From Piromyces finnis finn (lineage: Eukaryota; Fungi; Neocallimastigomycota): a stretch of DNA of 64,000 nt. The translations under genes were made by a program, and so were the position numbers. The stretch lies in NCBI GenBank assembly GCA_002104945.1, contig MCFH01000012.1, positions 806,001 to 870,000 on the forward strand, written 5' to 3'. The notes under the pieces are model-generated. The model was not told where the DNA came from, ran no database searches, and saw nothing but the letters and a program-made list of their open reading frames with translations. Positions 12,783 to 27,427 of this stretch are shown piece by piece. Positions within the stretch are counted from its first letter, which is position 1. Every line of letters starts with the position of its first letter.

Positions 12783-15135
12783 TTATTCTTTCTTCCATAA
12801 GTTGGAGAACATGTCACGAAGCTTGTTAACAACAACTTGGAAACCAACTGGAATACCAGCAGCTCTCTTTAAGTCATTTTCGTTAGAAATAATTAAAGGA
12901 GTAGTAAGAGTGATATCCTTTAAGCATTCTAAACCTTCACCAGCGTAGGTAACGAGTGGACTAATTTCTAAGCTTGGAACTTCAGAAGCATCGTTAGCAC
13001 CCTTTTCAACCTTACCACCAGCAGCTTCAACGAATCTGATGTATTGGTTAATGATATCGGCACGACTGGTTTCTGGACAATCAACACCAGTACCTGGAGC
13101 ATTCTTAAGTGGACTGAATTCGTCCTTACGGTCAACTTCAAGAACGGCCATGTTCTTAACGAATGGGAAGACATCAAAGACGAATAATTCCATCTTCATA
13201 CCGTTGCTAGAGGTTGGAGCAACGAATTCACCTTCTGGAATAGTAACGTGCTTAATCTTCTTCTTGGCAATGTGGTAATCTAATTCACTTTCGAAACCTT
13301 CAACACTCTTTAAGAATTCAGTGGTGTAGTAGTGGTTAGCAATATTAGCAGCACGGAAAGAAAGCTTACCATCATCATCTCTTTGTTCAGAAAGAGCTTG
13401 ATCAATTTCAGAGTATTCAACAACATTGAACTTTTTGTTTCTGAGACAGACAACACCAACTGGTTCATCTGGTTGAGTCTTTGGAATAACCTTGACACCA
13501 CAGTCAGCCTTACTGGCAATACTGTAACCAATGAAGATTGGATCAGCAACACGACAGAGACAGTTATCAACACAGTAAGCATGAATGTGCTTAATACCAC
13601 GCTTAGTTAAGTCATCTAAGACACCTTCCTTACGAAGAGCGGCGTAAATTCCACCATTACCATCTGGAGCAACAGAGATGGAAGACTTGCTTTCTAAGAA
13701 GATCTTTCCTTCCATAGTGAAAGCTGGGAGAGTACCTATTTAATATAATATAAAATATAAAAATGGGTTAGAATACCATATTTATTTTCTTTACACATTT
13801 TAAAGATTTTTATTCCAATTTTTTTTGTATTAAATAAAAAAAAACCAATTGCTTTAACCATTCTATCCCCGTTATTAAAAATATTATTTTTATGATAATA
13901 TCCTTCACTCATTTTATTGGTTTAAGCAGTATTTTTTTATGTTGGGAAGATAAAAATGTAATTTTAATATTTTAAAATTAATTACCTTGTTCGAAGAAGA
14001 TAACGTTTTCCTTCTTTAAACCAAAGTATCTTTGCTTAGCAAAGAATTCTTCAGTAGCTGGTCTAGTTGGACCAGAAGTCATAACGTACCATGGAATAAT
14101 AACTTCATTAGTGTTTCCTGGTTCACGATATTGTTCAGCAAGAACTTGTAAACGTCTAATACGTTCACCTTGAAGTTGGAATAAAGACTTCTTGGATGGT
14201 AAATCAATATCGTAACAACCTAATAGTAATTTATGATATAATAAATTTTATTAAAAAACTATTTTTAAAAAAAGCTTTTTTTTTTTAAATTGTTATTTGA
14301 AAGAAATATTCATTGGTTAAATTTATTATTTATCTTTATTAATAATATTTATTGAACAATAGTTTATGATATCTGTACTGTACTGTTATTATAGAATAAA
14401 TACTTTATAAAATTTTTGAAAAGTCTATTATTTACTGCTAAAAGATAATTCATTTATTATTTACTTTTCTTTTTTAATAGGACTTGACAAAACAATATTT
14501 TATTTGTTTATTATATATATTTACTATGACAAAATTATAATTGCCTTTACTAACTTTTTAGTAAAATCTTTTAAATATTGAATATTATTTTGTTTTATAA
14601 CATATTTCAAAATATTGGTATGGTATACGTATATTTCACTTCTATCATTAATTACTATTTTTTTTTCTTTCATAAAAAATTTAACCTTTTTTTTTTCCGG
14701 TTTGTTTATTTCCAATATACGATATATACTATTGTTGTTATTATTATTATTGTAAATTATATACTAAATCAAATAGTTACCCTTTGGAGCGGAAGAACCT
14801 AATCTAGTACCTTGACCACCAGCCATAAGAATGACAGCGACGGTACCTTCGGCCATAGCCTTTAAACCAATTTCTCTCCATTCCTTGATTTGTTCTTCAC
14901 TTTGACCAATAGTAGACTTGAAACAGTCCTTTGGAAGTGGTTCAAGTTGTGAAGTTTCTGGAACAGCGGAACCAGAGTTAGCCTTCTTGAAAATACGGTT
15001 AGCTCTTTCGACATCTAAATCATCTAATTGTTTTAATAATTTAGCCTTTTCTTCTTCATTAAGACTTTCATAGAAAGTAAGAAGGTGAGCTTGGTCGTTA
15101 GCTTCTAATTTAGCTTTAACAGTTTCAAAAGACAT
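12783..15135 (-). CDS. UAP1: UDP-N-acetylglucosamine pyrophosphorylase
   Basis: Exons 15135-14781, 14219-13986 and 13735-12783. Motifs [54 protein letters not shown] and EFSPLKN. Codon use typical of highly expressed genes. Confidence 0.97.
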
Positions 15136-17139
15136 ATTGGTATAATATAATATTTATAGATAAAATATACAAAAAAAAAATAAATTATTCTATAAATTTT
15201 ACAAAAAAAAATATTAAATTTAAATAAAAAAAAAAAAAGAAAAGTTTTTTTTTTTGTAGTTTTCTTTTTATATTTTTTTTTTTATTATTATTTGTTATTA
15301 TTAATAAAAATAAAAATTTGTTTGTATGGATGATAAATATAAATATTTAAAACAAAATTGTATGGACCATCAAATGACAAAAAGTAAATGAATGAAATAA
15401 ATAAATTTTGAAATATAAATTTAAATGAATATTAAAATGAGGAATAAATAGAAAAAGTAAATGAATGAATAGATAAATAAATTATCATTAAATAATACAA
15501 TTTTATACAATTATATTCTACAAAAAAAAAAAAAAAACAAATAATAAATAATAAATAATAAATAATAACGATAATCGATAATACAATATTTAAAATATTT
15601 AATATTATAAATAAATTAGTATAATTATCTTTAAATACTATAAATAAATCAAGGATTAAAAATGAAATTACTTTTATCATTGGATTTATTTTTCAACCCA
15701 ATTCAAATGAATAAATTGATGATGAATTATAAAAAAAACTATTGACAAAGAAATGAATCTTAAAGAAGTTGACGATGCCTTTACATAAAATAAGCATTCC
15801 TTTCATTACCATCCTCTTTTTTATTGTCATTGTGGTTCATCGTCCGTTCGTTAGGTAAAGGCTTTTTTTTTTTTTTTACTCTTTTTCCTACTGAGATTTT
15901 TTGTTGAATTCTATTTATATTGTATATATTATAAAATATATTGCATTATATTGTAATATATCTATTATCTATTTTATAAATAGTTTAAAATTAATATATT
16001 ACAATATATTCTAATAAACCTATTTATAATAACTTTAATATATTTAGTGATTGAATTTCAAAAAAAAAGTAATTTTAGATTTAAATATTATAAATATATA
16101 ATATATTTTCAATAGAATGTAATATATATAATATTTCAAAATATAAATATGATATAATATAATACTATTATACTTTAATATATTTACATTGTATATTAAT
16201 GAACTTTTTTAAATTAAAAAAATTATTTTAATTAAAGAAAGAAAAAAAAAAAAGAAAGAAATAGCCATAAGGCAGAATAAAAGATGGTAAAAATGAAAAA
16301 AGACATAGAGTTTTTTATAATTGAATAGAAAAGCATAAGAATTTCATTGTAATTAAAGCATTTAATACTATTGATAAAAAAAAAAGACCGAAATTGTTGT
16401 TGGCAGCAGCATGGATAATAAATTTTTAATTAATAAAAAAAAGTTTTTTTTTGACTTTTTTATTTTTAATTTATTTTACTTGCCAAATTTGGATTTATTA
16501 TATACATTAATGTATACAAAATGTATAATGTATGTAGATTTAGTTTTATGGTCATTTAAAGCCAGCCAGAAAAAAAAAAAGATAGAGTTTGAGGGTGTAT
16601 ATATATTGTATATATATTGACATTTTTGTTTGTAATAATATTAATTTATGTAAAATGACCTTTTCTTATAAAGGTTTTATGATCACCCCAATGTCAACAT
16701 GTAAAAAAGTTACTTTTAGTAAAAGAAAAAAAGTATTATAGTTAAAAACAATTAATAATAATAATAATAGCAATGGCAATGGCAATATAAAAATAATAAT
16801 ATTAATAAAAACTAGATACATATCAGATATAGATATACAGTGTGTGTGTTTGTCATATTACTTTTATACTATAATTTACATCTTTTTCTTTTATAGTATT
16901 AAAAAAATAATTAATAATATACATACTATAAAATGATTTAAAAATATCATTTCATAGTTAAAGTCTTTTCTTTTTTTTATATAATATTGTTTGAAATATA
17001 AATGTATTTATAAATGGTTAAAATAATTTATTAATTAATCATTCTAATTTTTTATTCATTTTACTTTTTCTTTTTTAAATGGAATAACAATTGCTGTAGT
17101 AACATCAGTGTATCTTTAAATATGAATAAGATTCATTAT

Positions 17140-17174
17140 TGGTTTTGGTTTGGTTTTGGTTTGGTTTTGGTTTG
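17140..17174. repeat. (GGTTTTGGTTT)x3 repeat
   Basis: ggttttggtttggttttggtttggttttggtttg. Confidence 0.8.
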
Positions 17175-17764
17175 TTTTTTTTTAATATTTAAAAAAAAAA
17201 AGATTAAACATCTTTAATACATTATCAATCAATTTACGTACATTAATTTAATTATTCGTACATTAAATTTTAAAATTTTTTTTTTAAATTTTTTTTTAAA
17301 GTAACAATTCACACACACACTTTTTTTTTTACTACACTAATTCAATAGTGTTGAAATCTTTTTTATTATTATTATTATTTCTGTTATAATTGAACCATTT
17401 AAATTATATATAAAATATTGAATTATTTTATAATTTATATAATTTTAATAAAGATTGATAAAAAAATAAAAAAAAAAAAGAAAATACTCTTTTCTAAAAT
17501 ACCAAAGAAAATAATAGTTTAGAATTATTTTCATCTTTTTTTTTTTTTATTTTTTTATCATTTCCTAAAGGAATAATTAACTTTACACAAAACAATATAT
17601 TTGTAGTAAAAAAAAAAAAAAAAGTTTTATATATATAATTATTGTGTTCATTTAAATAACATAAAAAAGGAAAAATAAAAGAAAAGTTTTAAACTTTTTT
17701 TATAAAATACTATTTGATAATCAATAAGAAATCCTTAATTTATTATTTAATTTTTTTTATTACA

Positions 17765-20700
17765 ATGCCAGTTCAATTAAATATTAAGAAACCCGTATTA
17801 CCCCTTCAGTCTTTATCAGGAGAAGAATATGAAAAAGAATTAGCTGAACATGATGCATTTATGAAAGATCTTGAACAATTTCATCTTGAAAGAGGGTATT
17901 TTTAAATAATTATATATTTTTATTCATTCAATTTTGAAATTTAATTAAAATGTAAAAAACTTTAATACTTATTAAATTTCAATATATTTATTACTCTTTT
18001 TTTTTTTAATATTATAATTCTTAAAGTTCTGTTTTACAAAAACAACCAGTACTTGGTGGTCAAAGAATTGATTTACATTTTGTTTATAAAAATGTCATTA
18101 GTCAGGGTGGATTTGATAAGGTAAAAAACATTGAAAATTTATAAATTAAAAGTTTATATCCATTTATCTAATAATAATAATAATAATAATTGAACTTGCA
18201 ATTATAATTGCAAATATTATTCTATATTCCAATATTAAATAATATCAAATGTATAATGATATATCAAATACGTAATAATGATAATAATGTTAATCATAAA
18301 AAGGTTACTGCAGATCGTTCATGGAGGAAAATTTCAATTCCTTTAAATTTACCATCAACATGTACTAATAGTGCTTTCGTTATGAAAAATGTATATATAA
18401 AATTTTTATTAGCATATGAAAAAGTAAATTATTGGGGTGAGAAAGATGCATCTATCATACAACATCCACCAAAGAAAAATGAGAAATCTAATTCAAGCTC
18501 ATCAAAGACTTCATCACCATATATTGATAATAGCGTATTAAAATCAAATAAAATGCAACCAGGAATGCCATTAAAACCTCTACAACCATTCCAATATAAA
18601 CAAATACAACAATTTCAACAAATGCAAAAACCATTGATGAATAATCAAAATATAGATCCAAATTTATTAAGAAAATCTTTACCACAAATGTCAATGCAAT
18701 ATCAACAACCCTATATGATGCAGCAAATGTACAATCAAGGTAAAATAAATATATTTAATATTCGTTTTTTTTAAAAAAAAAATAAAATAATTAAAAACAT
18801 TTTCAGATCATACAATGTATTCTAAAATCATAAATAATCTCTAAAATGTATTATTTTTATAAACTCTAAAGATTATATGAAATACATGAGATACGATACA
18901 ATGAATCAAAATATGAGGCATATGGGTAATCAACAAATGCCAATACATATGCAAGCAAAGAAAAAAGAAGAACGTTTAGGTAAGTCAATCAATTTTGTAA
19001 TTTTTTCAACAAGTATATTGATTATATTCATTTTTGTTAAAACTGGAATTAATTTAAATTTTATATATTATATGGATATATTTATATTTTATACCTTTGG
19101 TATTATATATTATTGATATGAAATATTTTTGTTGTATCTTTAGATAAATATTTAGTGGGAGGAATTAAAAATAGATTATTACTAGCATTGGAGTCGGAAT
19201 TACCAAATGAAATAGATTGGGCTCTTAATATATTATTAAAAATTTCATTTCAATTTCAAGATAATAATTTCTGTTTAGATAGTATTCCAGAATTAACAGA
19301 AGTATTAGCACAAAGAGCAAATGACTTTTTAGATAATATAGAGTTATTAATAGAAAATGAAAAGGATTATGAAAATAGTAATGATATGGATATTGAATTT
19401 GAAGATAAAACAGAAGATATGACTCAAACAGAATTTAATGATGATGATGATCCATCTTTAATTAATGATTTATCCCTTGATGAACTTACACCTGAAATAT
19501 TCGATTTTGAAACACCAGGAGAAAAGAAAATGAAAGAATTGACAATATATAATACTTGTTTTTTAACCACAGATGAATTGGAACAGGAATTAGAAAGAAC
19601 AAGATATTGTATTGATATTATTCGTAATTTTTCATTTACAGAAATTAATGCTAGATATTTCGCTTCTAAAGATTGTATCATTGAAATAATAAAGAAAAGT
19701 TTTAAAATACCCACAAGTTCACCTTTCTTTAGAATAAAGAAAGATATGTTGGATATTTTTGAAAATATTAGTTTTTATTTAATTATGAAAAAGAAATATC
19801 TATCTATTAATACAAGTTTAAAGAAAATGTTATTTGAAGATGACCGTACCCTGGTCATTGGAGCAATACGATCCTTAACTAGAATGTGCTATATTGATTG
19901 TAATGTTCACTTTTTAACCCTAGAAACGCCAATAGTACAACAATTATTAAGATTATTGTTAGTTTGGGATGAAGAGTTGGTAACGGTTATTATGGATTTA
20001 TTATACCAATATACTGGTACTAGCCATGATATGGCTGTTCATATTGCAACCAGTTCAAAAACAAATATTGTCCGTCTTTTAATGAAATTTTTATCCTGGA
20101 AAGGTATTAAAAATTCATCTCCTCAAGCTCCTTCTGTACCAAATAGTCCAATAAGTTTAGGTATGCCTCAATTCGTTAAAAGAAATATCAATACTAATGC
20201 CAATAACAATAATTCAATGAATCAAGGTCAATCACATCATCCATCATCTTCATTAAATCCTTCAAGTAATCTTAATTTTAATAATCAGCAAAACCCTAAT
20301 AATACAATGGACACCCAACAACATATTAATAATTGGTAAGAAATCTCTTTTTTTTTAAAAAAAAATATATATATATAGATATTTTAAAAACTTTTCAAAA
20401 AATAACATTTTTATAGAAAAAAAAAAAACATTATAAAAGCATAATAATAATATATTTTATATAAAAAATGTATAATTATAATGATACTAGGCTTGTAAAT
20501 TCATATGAATATAATAAAGATTCTTTCTATCCTAGAACTGAATTTATATTAGACTATCAAAAACATTGTAGAAGACCAAACGATCCACCTTTCCCACCAC
20601 AAGAAGTATTTAATCAAATTAATATATTGTTCCCATCAATTGTGATAGTAAATACCGGTTCATCGGAACAACCTAATATTGAATTGAAAGGTTTAAAAGC

Positions 20701-21445
20701 AAAGGAGACCAAAAATACAATAAATACAGATAATAATATGGAAGTAGATAAATCAATAGAATTATCATACTATTGTAGATGGGATAATTGTAAAGTAACC
20801 AAAGCCACAGAAGAAGAAATATTTAAGCATATATTACAAGAACATTTAAAAGATCAAACGCAAATGAGATGTCAATGGAAAAATTGTACTAAATTCCATG
20901 ATAAACCAGTAGAGTCCATCACCTTATTGGCATCGCATTTAAAAATACATTTCCCATTAAAGAAACACGATAAACCAACACCACCAACACCGCCTGAACA
21001 ACAACAACAACAACAACAACCAACACCGATCAATACTAACATCATAAATCCACAATCACAGCAACAACAACAACAGCCATATCAACCATCACCATATCAA
21101 CAACAGTCACAACCACATAATCCATATTATCAACAAAATTATCCTATGAATAATCCATATAATTCACAACCATTGAATCCATCTCCTTTAGTACCACCAT
21201 CCTATCCATATCAACAACCAATAACACCAACCCAACAACAAAATTTAATTAATAAAGCTAGTCTGGATGATAATTTCGAAATTACTGGTATTCCACTTAC
21301 GACTGCTTTAATTTTAAGAAATTTAGCAAGACCTATTGAAAATCATATACTTTTTACTCCATATGAAACTAATCTAGCAGCCTTGATGAATATACCAAAA
21401 TTAAGTAAACCTATAGCTACTATTGTTGCTGAATTAAGAACATAA
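17765..21445 (+). CDS. RSC9: ARID2/Rsc9-like chromatin-remodelling (RSC/PBAF) subunit
   Basis: Exons 17765-17895, 18027-18120, 18304-18739, 18872-18979, 19144-20335 and 20491-21445 are phase consistent. ARID domain (PVLGGQRIDLHFVYKNVISQGGFDKVTADRSWRKI), NRLLLALESELPNEIDWALN, ARM-like region, RFX-like winged helix (WLVNSYE...FPS), two C2H2 fingers and C-terminal TTALILRNLAR. Confidence 0.88.
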
Positions 21446-22133
21446 CATCATTAGCATATATATCTATATATATAATACATCTAGTCTAAAAAAAAAATTT
21501 TTTTTTTATTACTTTCCTACTACATACTATAATTTAATCATTTAAAAGATATAAAAAAAAAAAAAATAAATAAATTTTTGTACTAATTATTTATTTATTA
21601 ACAAAAATAAAAAATAAAAATTAAAATTAAAAAATATATAATTGCCAAAAAAATTAATTTTTTAAAAAAAAAAGAGTTTATACATTTAAAAATAATTTGA
21701 ATTTATATAGAAATTGGTCTTTTTTTTTTTTTTCTAAAAAAAAAAAAAACTTTGTAATTTTACTACAATTATCTACTTGTATAGATATATTAAAAATTAA
21801 AAATTTTATGTTCAACAAGATCAACATCAATCCTTTATATAATTTATAAAAAAAAAAATGTTAAACACATGATATATCTCAAATGTCTTTATATTCTTGT
21901 ACAGTTCAATATTATATTCTATAATTATTAGACATGAAAAAAGATGATGATATAATGATTATAAATTATATTAATTTTATTTTATTTATTAGTTTATTAA
22001 TAAAAATAAAAAAAAGAAATTTTTTTTAAAAAAATAAATATTGTATTTTATTAAAAAAAGGATAAAGAAATAATAATAATAATAATGATAATGATAATAA
22101 TAATAATATATAAATAAAACATTACATGTATAG

Positions 22134-22168
<35 letters not shown>

Positions 22169-22309
22169 ATGGAACATGAAAAAAAAAAAATTAAAGAATA
22201 AAAAATTGAAAAAAAAAAAAAAGAAAAAGAAAATTTAAAAGATGGTCTAGAAAATAAAAAATAAAAAAAAAAAAAAAAAAAACAATGGGGTAAAAATTTC
22301 TATTGGTCA

Positions 22310-23620
22310 TTAATTTTTAAATTTTCCATTTCATTTTGTAAATGACTTAAGGTATTCATGGTATTCATTAAAGTAATAGATCTATTATTTTAAATATATA
22401 TATAATTAATTATTTAATATTTATTTATAATTAGAATTTTATAGGTAATAATAATAATAATAATAATAATAAAAATCGTTGGTATATTCTACTTACTCTT
22501 GATTTAAAGCTTCAAAAACAGATTTCTTTTGTGAGGTACCGAGTTGGATAGCTTGTTCAGTTACTTCAAGTTTATCTTTTGTTTCTTCTTTTAACATATC
22601 TAATTGTTGACGTAACTTTTATATATATGTGTGTGCATGTGGTTAATGATAAATCATTATTTTTTTTTTTTTTTTACAATTTTAATAATAAATAATTAAA
22701 AAAAAAAAATTGTTTTTTTTTTACTTACTTGTTTAATGTGTGGTTGATGCTTTTTTGTTATAATTGAAGTTAAATGTTTCAATTCATTGAACCATTTCTT
22801 TTCTTGTTCTGTTAATTCTGGTTGGCAATGATCAAATAACATTTGTAATATAATATCGGCTCTCTTCATTAAATTGGTTTGATTCTTAACAATTTTTTTC
22901 ATTCTTTCGGTTAGTTTTTCTGAATTTATTTTGATATTGGATGTGACACGTTCATTAATACTTTTTAATTTCTTTAATTGATTAAAGTATTCTTCTGATT
23001 GCATATTTACTCTATCATATAAAAGTAATAAATAAATAGAGATAATTGAATTAATAAAATATAATTAAAAAAAAAAATTTAATATATTTTATAATATTAT
23101 AAAATTATTTATAGAATTTCTTACTTTTTCTCAATTTCATTTCTATATATTTCTAATTCAGTTAAATCTTTTCTAGAAAGGGTAATTTGTTCTGCTAAAA
23201 ATCTAGAAACATTAAAATAATAATAATAATAATAATAAAAATGTTAGTATATTATTTCATTATATATGAAGTAAATGAATAATGATTTTATTTTTTTTTA
23301 AAAAAAAAATTAAATAAATACTTACTTTAATGAATCTTCATTAACAAAATTTGGATATATTTTACTTGATTTCTTTTTAGATCCTAAATGTATTGGTACT
23401 GGACAAGTTAATTCAATAGATGGGAAAAGATCATTGTAAATTTTACTGTCACCATTTTTATTAAATATTAATGGAGTTCTTTTTATACGAATTGGAAGTT
23501 CAATAGATACAAATTGATTTGTTGCACTTAAAACTAATAAATTATAACCAACAAAAACACCAGTAGATGATACTAAACCAACAACTGGATTTTCAATTCT
23601 ATTATTTTGATAATGTTATT

Positions 23621-23653
<33 letters not shown>

Positions 23654-23656
23654 AGT

Positions 23657-23711
<55 letters not shown>

Positions 23712-23777
23712 TATCAATTTAATATATATTTCAAAACATATAAAAATTTAATATCACTATTTAAATAATTTACTTTA

Positions 23778-23817
<40 letters not shown>

Positions 23818-26253
23818 AAAATAAAAACTTACCCAGATACTATGGTATTAACCTTTAAACTAACTTCTGATGGAATTTCACGACTTAATATATCTTGAAA
23901 CTTTTGTATTAAATTGTTATTATTATTACTATTGATATCTTTGAATAATGAAAGCCAGTTATTGAAAGATAATGTATGTACACCACCATGATGATAAATA
24001 TAACAAATATCTGGGTAACGTTTATCTTCTTTAATATTTACAATATTTGATTTAATATTTGGTAAACTTTCATTCAACATTAAATCAATAGTTTCGTATA
24101 CTGCTAATATTGGTAATTCAAAATCTTGTACCATCTTTTTGATTTTCCAAGCATAATAAATGATTATTCAAAATAAGAATAATAAAATAATGCATATTTA
24201 GATGAATTATATTATATATATATATATATTTAATATTTAATGGTTAGATTATAGTTAAAATCAAACCAAAAAAAAAAAAATTATAATTTTTAATGATCAA
24301 ATTTTTAATATGGGTAGAGGGTAGATTAATTTTTTATTCTTACATCATTGTTGCTCATCCATAATGCTTCTACTGGTGCTACATTAATACAAACATCGAT
24401 TTTACCATTTGTGAATGCAACAAGTATAATACTGAATGGTTCAGTGTTTAATGATACAATACTACTAGCAATATTATCAATATTACATTTTTTTGTATCA
24501 AATTCTATTGGAGCTGGCTGTAATAAAAATGGACCTTGAATAACTGGATGAATATCCTTAAATCTTGATATATTTCCATTAATAATTACTTCTTCATCCT
24601 CTGATAAATCACTAGTTCTTACTGGTTTTAAATTTTGTAAAACAGTGGATATCCAACATCTTTGTAATCTGTATTGTTGATCCATAACTAAATCATCAGC
24701 ATCAGATTCCTTCCATCTTTGTTCAATGGATACTGATAAATTTTCTAATAAACTCTTTTTCACAATACTGTTATTATGAATTATAGAAAATATTAATAAA
24801 TGTTTATGAATTATTGTTGAATTTTGATTAATGATTTAATAAAAAAAAATTTTTTTTTCAATTATATATAAATTTTTAATGATTAAAAAAAAAAAAAGAG
24901 TTAACCATGAAAATAATTTATTTTATTATGATAATATTTATTTTAAATTTTATATATATTATTATTTAAATTTAAATGATACCTTTTTGATGGTAAAAAT
25001 GGACATATAGCATAAACATCACCATTTTTCATTAAAACATATATAGTAAATATTTCCCAATCATCACCATTTCCAAAAGTAAATGAAATGGTTTCCATTT
25101 CTTCACTATTACCACTAATAGATCTTCCTGGAATATATACTGAAGAAGAAAATTCTTTATATTCATTATAATATTGTGGACCGATAAAATAGCGTTGTTC
25201 TGGTTCTTTTGATTCTGAAGAAACATCAAATAATCTTTGAAATTTTAAAAAATAATATTCATTAATACTTAATATGAAATAATTATATCTATTTTTTTTT
25301 TTTTTTTGAAATTTTTCATTGAAATTATAACTTTTTTTTTTTTTTTATCTTATTTATTAACCTTAAACAACCATCAGAAGATAAAATTACAAGGTGTGAA
25401 TTGGTGCTACTTAATGGATGCCAAGCAGCTTTAACAATTTTTATTCCACTGTTTGATGAGTATATATCTGAACCAACGGTTATAATACTTTTTATCAAGA
25501 TTTAAATTATTATGAAAAATATATAAAGAATTGAAAAAAAAAGTTTTTTTTTAAAAAAATTATATACATAGGAAATTTTTTTATTAATATATACCATTAA
25601 AAGTAATATATATAGAATTTATATAAGAAATATATGATTTGAAAAAAAAAAATCATTCTACAAATTATAATGATAAAAAAAAAAAACATACTTTGCATGA
25701 ATTTCTTCAACATTAATTTGATTTATAGTTTGTGGAATAATCATGACATTGACACCATCTTCTCCAACCAAAGCTAATAATTTTCCATTTTTATTTACTG
25801 TAATGGTATTAACATAATAATCAATTTTACGATCAATTATTATTTTCTATTGTTTTTAATTAGTAAAAATTGTATGGGTATTTTTTGTGATTAATAATAC
25901 AATAAATGATTTTTATCAATTATATATATATTATTAGAATTATGAATAGATAATATATGTATAAATATATATTTACATATCTATCTATCTAACATTAATG
26001 TTTTTAATATTATATTTACTTTATATGAAGTTCTATCACATTCTTCTTTTACACATAATCCTTTAAATTTCTTTAAATTTAAATAACGAATGCAATTAAA
26101 AGTAGTTGTATTGTCGCAAATATATAAGTCATCTTCATAAATTTCCATTAAATCATTTAATTTCTTTGTATTTGTATCATTTTTATTTACACATTGATTC
26201 CATATATTGTGTTTTGATAATGAGTAATTAAAAGTTGATAAATCTATTTCCAT
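22310..26253 (-). CDS. NUP82: Nucleoporin Nup82/Nup88
   Basis: Multi-exon model from ATG 26253 to TAA 22310. Beta-propeller motifs NKNGKLLALVGEDGV, KAAWHPLSSTNSHLVILSSDGCLRLFDV, WEIFTIYVLMKNGDVYAICPFLP, QGPFLLQP and YHHGGVH, then a C-terminal coiled coil (LTEQEKKWFNELK). Confidence 0.88.
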
Positions 26254-26599
26254 TATAAATTACATTTCAATGATTTACAATTTTATAGAATATAATTAGA
26301 AAATATATATATTTTTTTAATATTAATATTCAATAAAAATAGGTCATAAATTAATTTGATATTTTAAGGTAAAATATTAAACTGTTCCTAATTTAACTAT
26401 TTAATATTAATTTTATATATACCCATAGTTGATATTTTATTGATGGATTTTAAATTATATATTTTTTTTCTTGTTTGAAATGTATTTTTTTTACAAAGGT
26501 AAAAATTTTATTTCATATTATTTATTATTTTATTATTAAATTTTATATATAAATATACAATACTTTTTTAAAAAAATAAATTTTTTTTACAATCCTAAT

Positions 26600-26935
26600 A
26601 CATAATCCTAAATACAATTAAAGTCTTAACGTATTAAAATGTATCAAAATTTATGTATACATTATGTAAGGTTTTTAATTCAAGTTTTAAAAATGTATAC
26701 ATCATTCTATTAAAATTTATGTTTTATGGTGTAAAGTAATTACCAGACAATTATACCAGACCAATATTTTACCTTACTACAAGGGTGGTTAATATTTTTA
26801 ATTATTATTATTATTTTTTTCTTTTTTTGAAATTTATTAAAATTTTAAATTTTAAATCCAATCATGATTACTGTATTTTTATCCAATAAATTATTGGTTT
26901 CAACAGACAAACTTTAAGCAATTCATTCCATTCAT
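26600..26935. repeat. Direct repeat copy A (~330 bp), paired with 33543-33880
   Basis: Colinear shared blocks, e.g. tacaattaaag..tacgtatta.aatgtat, gtatacattat, ttttaaaaatgtatacat, aaattttaaatccaatcatgat and atccaataaattattggtt.caa.ag.caa. Contains CCAAT in both orientations. Confidence 0.8.
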
Positions 26936-27393
26936 TACAAATAAAAAAGTTGGACATTTTAAAAAATAAATTGTTATAATATTTTAATATAAATTAATAA
27001 AATGAAACAAAATATAAAAATAGTGAAACTGGTGAAATTCAAAAATGATAGTATTACATTTAAAAATTGAAAAGAAAAAATATAAAATTTATTTAAATAA
27101 AAAATAAAAAGTACACACTACAAGAGTTATAATTGGCATCATAGTTATAATATTAATTTCTATCATTTTTAATATTATATCAATATTTTTTTACTAAAAT
27201 AGATAATACATATAATGAAAAAGAATATACCTACGAAAATGTTATTTGAAAAAATACCTATTACAATAATTATAAATATTTGCACCACCATTAATTGAAG
27301 AAAGTTAATAGATAAAAAAAAAAAATTATTTTCTACAATATAAGAAAGGATTTTAATAGAAAGGTATATAAATCGGAGTTTCACTAATACATG

Positions 27394-27427
<34 letters not shown>

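Noticed and set aside
13039-13610. Antisense and alternate-frame ORFs over UAP1 (also over the kinesin, GH43 and G3BP genes, e.g. 55552-56130)
   Set aside because: Shadow ORFs produced by the biased codon usage of the real genes.
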